From Octopus sinensis (Eukaryota), in contig NC_042997.1 of NCBI RefSeq assembly GCF_006345805.1, forward strand, positions 174,902,001 to 174,966,000: a DNA stretch of 64,000 bases, read 5' to 3'. Shown here piece by piece: positions 53,761 through 64,000 of this stretch. How positions within the stretch are numbered: the stretch's first letter is position 1; the number at the start of each line of letters is the position of its first letter. The position numbers and the translations under genes are program-made. Under the pieces are notes generated by a model. That model did not search any database. It saw only the letters and a program-made list of their open reading frames with translations, and was not told the DNA's origin.

Positions 53761-53808
<48 letters not shown>

Positions 53809-53830
53809 GGCTGCTGCTGCTACCACTACT

Positions 53831-53875
<45 letters not shown>

Positions 53876-54600
53876 GACTACTACTACTACACTACTACTA
53901 CTACTACTTCTGAACCACTACCATCTGAATTACAACTGCTACCACCAAAACCAACACAGTATGTACTACTACTACTACTACTACTACTAGACTACCACCG
54001 TAACACTACCAAACACTTCAACAAACACTTCGACCACAACCAAGATTATGTGCCACCACTACTTCCATAGCCACCCCTATACTACCGCCAATACTAATTA
54101 CAGACAAAACTACTACCACCACACTGCAATTAGCAACACTACTGCAAATGAAATGACACAGGGTGTGAGTTAACACGTTCACAAAATATTCAGACACGAA
54201 CATTCATACATGCACACATGCACGCACACTCACGTAAACACATAAGCATATACACATATAAGCATACAGATATAAACACGCAGAAACACACATGCATACA
54301 TACACAATCACTCATATAAATACACACAAACACACACAAACACACATGCACACATAAACATACACAAACACACACAGATACACACAAGCACACATAAACA
54401 CACAGAAGCACACACAAACACACAGAAGCACACATAAACACACAGAAGCACACATAAACACACACAAACACACATAAAAACACACATGCACACATAAACA
54501 TACACAAACACACACAGATACGCATAAACACACACAAACACACATAAAGACAAGCGGACGGACACACACACGCACACACACACACACACACACCACACAC

Positions 54601-57390
54601 ACGACAAACATTACTATAAGTACATTTTCATTTTGATTCACCTGTATGTATGTCTGTATGCGTGCATGTGTGTACGTATGTATGTATGTGAGTATGTATG
54701 TATGTGTGTATGTATGTATGTGTGTATGTATGTGTGTATGTATGTGAGTATGTATGTATGTGTGTATGTATGTGTGTATGTGTGTATGTAGGTATGTGAG
54801 TATGTATGTATGTGTGTATGTATGTATGTGTGTATGTATGTGAGTATGTATGTATGTATGTATGTGTGTATGTATGTATGTGTGTATGTATGTGTGTATG
54901 TGTGTATGTAGGTATGTATGTATGTATGTATGTGTGTATGTATGCATGTATGAATGTGTGTGTGTATGTATGTATGTATGTATGTATGTATGTATGTATG
55001 TATGTATGTATGAATGTATGTAAGTATGTATGTGTGTATGTATGTATGTGTGTATGTATGTGTGTATGTATGTGAGTATGTATGTATGTATGTATGTGTG
55101 TATGTATGTGTGTATGTGTGTATGTAGGTATGTGAGTATGTATGTATGTGTGTATGTATGTATGTGTGTATGTATGTGAGTATGTATGTGAGTATGTATG
55201 TATGTGTGTATGTATGTATGTGTGTATGTATGTGTGTATGTGTGTATGTATGTATGTGTGTATGTATGTATGTGTGTATGTATGTGAGTATGTATGTATG
55301 TATGAATGTGTGTATGTATGTTTGTGTGTATGTGTGCATGCATGTATGTATGTGTATGTATGTGTGGAGTATGTGTGCATCTTCCTGCATGTATGTCTGT
55401 CTGCCTTTCTGTATGTAAGCGTGTACATCTGTGTGTATGTGTGTGTATGTATGTGTGTGTATGTATGTGTGTGTGTGTGCGTGTGTGTGTGGAACATTGG
55501 AGTGGAACATTGTGTGCATCTGCCAGCATGTGTGTATGTTTATCTGTCTTTCAGTGTGTATGTCTATTATGACTTTCTATATGTATGCGTGTACATCTGT
55601 GTGTATGTGTGTGCATGTGTGCGTGTGCATATCTGTGTGTGTGTGTGTGTGTGTGTGTGCATATCTGTGTGTGTGTGTGTATGTGTGTGTGTGTGTGTCT
55701 GTGGTACATTAAAGTATTGTGTGCATCTGCCAGCATGTGGGTATGTCTATCTGTCTTCATGTTTGTACGTCTATATCTTCATGTATGTATGTGTATACAT
55801 TTTGTATGTGTGTATGTATAAGTGTTGTTAGTTAATGTTATTTCTTTATAAATTTATTTATTTTCTTCAATTTTTAGACCAATTGACAATTCATTTCATA
55901 TGTGATTAAAATGACATATATAAACGTACACACGAGTGCAGATAGACAGGGTCTGGCATGGTATGATGTACACACACACGCACACACACTCACACACCAC
56001 ACACACACACACGACAAACATTACTATAAGTACATTTTCATTTTGATTCACCTGTATGTATGTCTGTATGCGTGCATGTGTGTACGTATGTATGTATGTG
56101 AGTATGTATGTATGTGTGTATGTATGTATGTGTGTATGTATGTGTGTATGTATGTGAGTATGTATGTATGTGTGTATGTATGTGTGTATGTGTGTATGTA
56201 GGTATGTGAGTATGTATGTATGTGTGTATGTATGTATGTGTGTATGTATGTGAGTATGTATGTGAGTATGTATGTATGTGTGTATGTATGTATGTGTGTA
56301 TGTATGTGTGTATGTGTGTATGTAGGTATGTATGTATGTATGTATGTGTGTATGTATGCATGTATGAATGTGTGTGTGTATGTGTGTATGTATGTATGTA
56401 TGTGTGTATGTATGTATGTATGTATGTATGTATGTATGTATGTATGTATGTATGAATGTATGTAAGTATGTATGTGTGTATGTGTGTGTATGTGTGTGTA
56501 TGTATGTGTGTAGGTATGTGAGTATGTTGTATGTATGTGTTGTATGTATGTATGTGTATGTATGTGAGTATGTATGTGAGTATGTATGTATGTGTGTATG
56601 TATGTATGTGTGTATGTATGTGTGTATGTGTGTATGTATGTATGTGTGTATGTATGTATGTGTGTATGTATGTGAGTATGTATGTATGTATGAATGTGTG
56701 TATGTATGTTTGTGTGTATGTGTGCATGCATGTATGTATGTGTATGTATGTGTGGAGTATGTGTGCATCTTCCTGCATGTATGTCTGTCTGCCTTTCTGT
56801 ATGTAAGCGTGTACATCTGTGTGTATGTGGTGTATGTATGTGTGTGTATGTATGTGTGTGTGTGTGCGTGTGTGTGTGGAACATTGGAGTGGAACATTGT
56901 GTGCATCTGCCAGCATGTGTGTATGTTTATCTGTCTTTCAGTGTGTATGTCTATTATGACTTTCTATATGTATGCGTGTACATCTGTGTGTATGTGTGTG
57001 CATGTGTGCGTGTGCATATCTGTGTGTGTGTGTGTGTGTGTGTGTGCATATCTATGTGTGTGTGTGTGTGTATGTGTGTGTGTGTGTGTCTGTGGTACAT
57101 TAAAGTATTGTGTGCATCTGCCAGCATGTGGGTATGTCTATCTGTCTTCATGTTTGTACGTCTATATCTTCATGTATGTATGTGTATACATTTTGTATGT
57201 GTGTATGTATAAGTGTTGTTAGTTAATGTTATTTCTTTATAAATTTATTTATTTTCTTCAATTTTTAGACCAATTGACAATTCATTTCATATGTGATTAA
57301 AATGACATATATAAACGTACACACGAGTGCAGATAGACAGGGTCTGGCATGGTATGATGTACACACACACGCACACACACTCACACACAC
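54601..57390. repeat. Tandem duplication of about 1.4 kb (54601-56010 and 56011-about 57390) built on (TATG)n/(TG)n
   Basis: acgacaaacattactataag at 54601 and 56011; identical unique block gtgttgttagttaatg...ctggcatggtatgatgta in both copies. Confidence 0.92.
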
Positions 57391-57574
57391 ACACACACAC
57401 ATACACACACACACACGGGCGCGCGTATATACATAAACATATACACGTTTGTACACACATGCATACATATACAGTGATGGCTAGCGTTAGGAAAGACAAA
57501 AATATAGAATTATAGACTAGAAGGAACAAGGAATGGTCGGGATGAAAAGGGGACAGACAGACAGACAGACAGAC

Positions 57575-57637
<63 letters not shown>

Positions 57638-57662
57638 CAGACAAACAGACAGGCAGGCAGGC

Positions 57663-57709
<47 letters not shown>

Positions 57710-57712
57710 TAT

Positions 57713-57776
<64 letters not shown>

Positions 57777-57899
57777 ACAAACAGCCAGTTAGACAGACAG
57801 ATAGATAAACAGACAGTCAATGAGATAGACAGAAAGGTAGACAGACCGAGCGAGAGACAGAGACATATAGGTGGACAGTCAGAGAAACAGAGAGCCAGT

Positions 57900-57931
<32 letters not shown>

Positions 57932-57940
57932 AAGAAAGAC

Positions 57941-58050
<110 letters not shown>

Positions 58051-58446
58051 GAGAATTAAATAGAAGAATGAGAATTGAGACATGGGGGAAAGGAGAGTGT
58101 GTAAGAAAAGAGGAAAAATGAAAAATTAAATAATAAAAAAAATAAAGAAAAACTACTAATAAATAGAGAGAGATAATAGACAGGTTCAACGGCTGAAATG
58201 GAGAAAATGCGAGAAAGCTGAAGAGATGAGCGTAGAGAGAATAAGAGAGAGAGAAGTGAGTGAATGAATGGGAGAAGAAAGGAGAGGGGCAAGAGCAAGG
58301 AGACAGAAACAGAGTCAAAGAAAGGGGAACAAATAGAAAGAGAGGAGACATTATAACAGAATAATACAATATAATTTTGTGAAAACTAAGAGGAATAAAT
58401 AGAAGTCAATTAAGATCTAGTCTGGTCAATGAAAGTGTTTCACCGA

Positions 58447-58507
<61 letters not shown>

Positions 58508-59864
58508 GTATATGTGGTGGGGTGTATGGCTGTGTGTATGTATATGTGACTTGTCATGGCAACGGACATTTGTTTGTTTGTAAGGATTCTGGAAATACAA
58601 GTCTTCATCGCTCTCCAAAATATTCAATTTCTAGTATAACTCGGAAAAATCATGCTAATGGGTTTCGCAATAGCACAGTAATTCTTGACAACTTATTGGA
58701 AAAATAGAGACGTGTGTGTGTTGTGTGTGTGTATTTGTATGTGTGTGTGTGCACGTGTGTGTTTATGTGTTTATGTGTATGCGTATACATACTCAAGAAC
58801 ACGTCCCTACTTAATCTCTCTCACACACAATCATATATATGTGTATGTGTATGTGTACATATATATATACACACACATATATATATATTTACATACACAC
58901 ACACAAACACAAACACATATATTTACACACATACACACACACACATATATATATACGTACAAACGTAGATGTGTATGTATATAAATAGAGTCAATCATAA
59001 CTCAAAAGTTTGCTCGGAAAATATTTAGTAACATTATCTTACACGTATTTCACTAACAATGAAATATATGTTTAATAAATGATACCTTATAACCAGATTA
59101 TATTGTCAAATCTTCAGAGATTTCATAACTCTCATTAGTATTGTATAGGATTGATAGTGTACTGCACGCAGTGTTACGATATTAACGACCATATTACATT
59201 ATGCCTCATAGTAAGATAATATCTAGAAGACGTTCTCTCACAGCTGGCAATAATGTGATTGGTGTTTTCAGTCTTGGTCTTGCAAAGCCTATTTGTTGTC
59301 TTTCAACGTTTTCTTCTTTTAATGCTGTAGGTACAAGGCAGGAACCTCTTGTTCTTGGATTACATGGATGTTGCCTTCGGTACTCCATACCAAGCTTTTA
59401 ACAAAGAAAGCATGCCTCACAATCTAATATCATACATCCCAATAATATAAATCTCGGCAAATAACACAGTTAAGGCTCATATTACGCTTCATCAGTTACG
59501 ACATTTCGAGAACCACGCTGGAAGTGGATGCGGTTAGAAATTTAGATCTGCGACCAAAGCAACAAGCCCCTAGGACCGACGGATCCGTCTCTATCAGCTG
59601 AATGTATTTTGTAAACTGTTTCGAAGCTTTCTATCGCTAGGTTGAAACGATGAAGCAGATTTTTGTTGTTGTTTAGTACCCAAACAGCTCTTTACTAAAC
59701 AACCTATGATCAAAGGAACTCCGGTCATAATCATTTGTTTTTCTTTAATAATTATTACAGGACTACATTATCTAATATGTCCTTTCCTTTTTCAAATTGT
59801 ATTGTATGATTAAAGGAAATCTGGCTGCAATTTCTAGCAAATTAAGAGTCTGTGTAGAGCAGAG

Positions 59865-60428
59865 TAGTGGCTCTCAACCGAAGTCCATATGGTCCTTGGA
59901 GGTTCATAATAAGACTTTGTTGTTAGAATTTATGTGAAATATATCGGTTATACTTCTGAAGTACACAAAATATTTTAAACATTTTTTATACAATTACTCT
60001 CTTTACTTGTTTCAGTCATTTGACTGTGGCCATGCTAGAGCACCGCCTTCAGATGAGCAAACTGACCCCAGGATTTATTTTTTGTAAGCCTAGTACTTAT
60101 TCTATCGGTCTCTTTTGCCGAACCGCTAAATTACGAGGACGTAAACACACCAGCATCGGTTGTCAAGCAATGTTGTGGGACAAACGCAGGCACACAAACG
60201 TATCCACACACACACAAACACACTATATATATATGACGGGATTCTTTCAGTTTCTATCTACCAGATCCAATCACAAGGCTTTATTCGGACTGAGGCTATA
60301 GTAGAAGACACTTGCCGAAGGTGCCACACAGTGGGACTGAACCCAGAACCATGTGGTTCGTAAGCAAGCTACTTACCACACAGCCACTCCTATGCCTCTT
60401 AATATTTAATAATAGAATAATAATAATA

Positions 60429-60493
<65 letters not shown>

Positions 60494-60605
60494 TAATAAT
60501 AAATATATAATAGGACTTTTTAAAGCATCGAATGTTTATTAGGGTCCATCCGAGTAAAATAAGAATCAAAGGGTTCCATACGTAAAACATGGTCGAGAAC
60601 CACTG
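59865..60605. mobile_element. hAT-type MITE with nested family B SINE (59995-60390, minus strand) and (TAA)n
   Basis: Termini tagtggctctcaacc / ggtcgagaaccactg resemble CAGTGGTTCTCAACC TIRs; no clear 8-bp TSD. Confidence 0.5.
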
Positions 60606-60949
60606 GTATGGAGATTCCCCTCAATTAGGTGGTTCTTGTTGAAAAGGTAATATGATGGACGAGGCTAAATATGCTGAGGACAAGGCATTTCTTCCGCAAG
60701 GAAAGCACAATCATTTATCGAAGCAGGGTAAAAGGTGAAGACGGGGAGAGTATTATTCAAGAGAAAAATGTCTTTTCATGTTTCTACTTTATCGTGGAAT
60801 ACAATTGTGTCTACTGACTATGCCTAACTTACTATAGACGTTGAAATTATTTAAATTGATTTCAGGGGCCTTTTTAAAGGATTCAAGATCTATACTGAGT
60901 TTATTTCCCTAAAATATCAGTGAATGATTTCTCAATTGTTAACATCAAT

Positions 60950-61552
60950 ACCTATTTCTTTACTACCCACAAGGGCTAAACACAGAGGGGACAAACAAGG
61001 ACAGACACACGGATTAAGTCGATTATATCGACCCAAGTGCATAACTGGTACTTATTTAATCGACCCCGAGAGGATGAAAGGCAAAGTCGACCTCGGCGGA
61101 ATTTGAACTCAGAACGTAGGGGCAGACGGAATACCTATTTCTTTACTACCCACAAGGGGCTAAACACAGAGAGAACAAACAAGGACAGACACACGGATTA
61201 AGTCGATTATATCGACCCCAGTGCGTAACTGGTACTTATTTAATCGACCCCGAAAGGATGAAAGGCAAAGTCGACCTCGGCGGAATTTGAACTCAGAACG
61301 TAGCGGCAGACGAAATACCTATTTCTTTACTACCCACAAGGGGCTAAACACAGAGGGGACAAACAAGGACAGACAAACGGATTAAGTCGATTAGATCGGC
61401 CCCAGTGCGTAACTGGTACTTATTTAATCGACCCCGAAAGGATGAAAGGCAAAGTCGACCTCGGCTGAATTTGAACTCAGAACGTAGCGGCAGACGAAAT
61501 ACCGCCAAGCATTTCGCCCGGCGTGCTAACGTTTCTGCCAGCTCGCCGCCTT
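60950..61552 (-). mobile_element. Family A SINE trimer with 18-bp TSD
   Basis: Units at 60950, 61133, 61317; TSD tcaattKttaacatcaat at 60932-60949 and 61553-61570. Confidence 0.93.
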
Positions 61553-62478
61553 TCAATTTTTAACATCAATTCCACGAAGAATTACTAGAACATAAAATAA
61601 TTCCACTACACACATTTCATCGCAAAGCATCAACGATAGCAAGTATCTTCTGCTAAGAATATTGGATCAAATTCCACGTAAATTAAAAGAAATTATAGAA
61701 ATGTATAAACAAAACCTGAAGCCATATTCAGCAGAAATAATCGCCTGTAAAGTAAGCAAGAGAGACATGGGTCACAGTAGCACAAATGTTGTAGTTATAC
61801 GTATGACTCCGGTTTATGTTCAGGCAGAGACATATACAGAAAATACAATCACCTTAAAATGTGAATTTATCGATATTCACAGGCTACCACTTGAGAATCA
61901 TGTAAAATGCCATTTACTAGAAACAGTTAAGAAATGTACAGATCTGATAACATTAGCCATCGATCATAGATTTAATGAATACTTGACACACATTGGATGT
62001 TCCCAATGTATAAACATTGAATTCTGTATTGTTTTATGCTCGAGATAGTTTACAACGACATTAGTAAACTAAAAAAAAAAATCGATCGAAGTAAGCAGAC
62101 ACGTCATTAAAATATACTCTGCTTCTTCCAAAGTAAGCTCGACAGACCACAGAGAATGTTTCGCTAGTTGGATATTATCATTAAGTGTATAGCGAAGAGG
62201 AAATTTACAAGCCACCAACTGAGATTTAGCGATATCTTATCTAAATTTTTTTTCGAGAACTGCTGATTTCAGAAACTTTAGTACCCCATGAACCTCAAAC
62301 TATATGTAGTAAGTGGAAAACCACGTTACCAGGAAAGAGAAAAGATATTAGAAATAAGATTGTCCTCTTTAAGTTTGCAAACCGTATATTATCAATATGA
62401 TACTGTCGAAGTTATGAATACTATATGTGTGTGTGTGTGTGCATGTGTGTGTGTGTGTGCGTGTGTGTGTGTGTGTGT

Positions 62479-62517
<39 letters not shown>

Positions 62518-62524
62518 GTGTATA

Positions 62525-62564
<40 letters not shown>

Positions 62565-62844
62565 AGGTTAATCCAAACGGGAAAACAGAAAAAACAACAA
62601 CACGTGGAACAATTACAGTATAATTATTATTAGGCGCTCAGGAAAATAAAATTTTTCGAAAAAGTTTTTATCAATGGCCAGCATATTAAAAAATACCTTT
62701 AAAGGTTAAATTTATAAACAACTTATAAACACGTGCTTATAGTGATGAATTATATGGTTATAGACGATTTAAGTTGATTTTCGGCATATTTGGCATTAGA
62801 ATTTTTTTCTTTTGCCCTTGTTTATAAGTTGTATATATATATAT

Positions 62845-64000
62845 AATAGAGCTGTCTATGTACGGACCAAAATTAACCAGAGACATACAGCCTAACGGAA
62901 GCACCCAAAATCTCTCCAATCTGAATTTCCACAAAGCAGACTGGAAATGGATCCAAAAAGAGATCCTCAGACCGGACTGGCCGAAATGTCTCTCCACACC
63001 AGACGTTGGCATGAAACTAGAATATTCCATATCTGCTATGCAAAACATATGCCAGAAATATGTCACAGAGCACAAGGCCAACACAAAAGGAACAAGATTC
63101 CAAGGGAGAGGAAGATCCTCATGAGACGACAGACTAAGGTTGCAAATCACTTCAACCAACATCCCAAAAGTAGTGAAATGTCCCACCTAAAAACAACACT
63201 GATGGAGATTGAAAAAAGGCTACAACAATCCTATGTGAGGGAGAAAGCAGACAAAGAAGTCTGGGTTATAAAAACAGTAAGTCAAACCCAAAGGCTTTCT
63301 TTCGTTATGCTAAAGAAACAGCCTCAGTGCGCTGCAAGATAGGACTCCTCTTCCAAAAGGATGGCTCCCTCACAGATAGTCCAACAAGGATCAGTGTGCT
63401 ACTGAATGACCAGTTTAAAAGTGTCTTTACCACTCCATTGGAACATAGACAAGTGAATGAACCGGTGGATTTCTTTGCCGCTTCACCTATAACCAGCGAG
63501 GCAGTTACGATGAATTACATCGACATTAGTGAAGAAGATATACTACTAGCCATAGATGAGGTGGACGCAAACTCAACTGCTGGTCCTGATGGTTTCCCAG
63601 CAATTCTCCTCAAATTATGTAATCGTGCCCTGGCGAAACCACCACAGATTCTCTTCCAGAGCTTTCTTGCAAATGGCAGGCTGCCAAGTAAACTGAAGGA
63701 GGGAATAATATGCCCAATACATAAAGAAGGAAACAGAACAGATGCCAAAAATTATAGGCCTGTCTCTCTGACTTCACACATCAGCAAAGTCATGGAACGG
63801 ATAGCCAGAAGGAAACTAATCGCATTCCTTGAAGAAAACGACTTGCTGAGTGATACCCAGCATGGCATTCGACCAGGTGGGAGCTGCCTGACCCAGCACT
63901 ATCACTGGGTGTTGAGGTAGTTACTCAATAACTCTCAAATGCGGACATAATATAACTTGATTTTGCAAAAGCTTTTGATAACGTGGATCATGGTATGATA
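62845..64000 (+). pseudogene. CR1/L2-group LINE ORF2 (linker plus RT N-terminus), frameshifted, runs off the window
   Basis: NFHKADW, LLNDQFKSVFT, AGPDGFPAILLK, KNYRPVSLTSHISKVMERI, QHG.RPG.SCLTQ, DFAKAFD.VDHG. Confidence 0.92.

Overview
This is not prokaryotic DNA. It is an AT-rich, microsatellite-saturated animal window, most likely octopus or another coleoid cephalopod; I infer this from the tRNA-derived SINE families, the retroelement mix and the density of (TA)n/(CA)n/(TATG)n/(GATA)n/(TAA)n/(GAA)n tracts. No host protein-coding gene can be firmly supported. Almost all ORFs in the track are microsatellite translations or decayed transposon fragments: mariner, maT/DD37D, hAT, L1/Tx1, R4/Dong, CRE, RTE, CR1-like and Penelope GIY-YIG. 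Main highlights: (1) a lone, nearly full-length 5.8S rRNA copy (13847-13995) fused 5' of a multimeric tRNA-SINE and bracketed by a duplicated target sequence, which looks like a 5.8S rRNA-SINE chimeric retrocopy; (2) head-to-tail SINE multimers of about 184-bp units flanked by single TSDs, so apparently retrotransposed as concatemers; (3) minimal type I hammerhead ribozyme motifs, one inside a (TA)n-embedded element with 111-bp inverted termini; (4) two long near-perfect foldback palindromes (86-bp and 108-bp arms); (5) a 1.4-kb tandem duplication. TE boundaries are approximate, and family and clade names come from motif recall, not from database searches.
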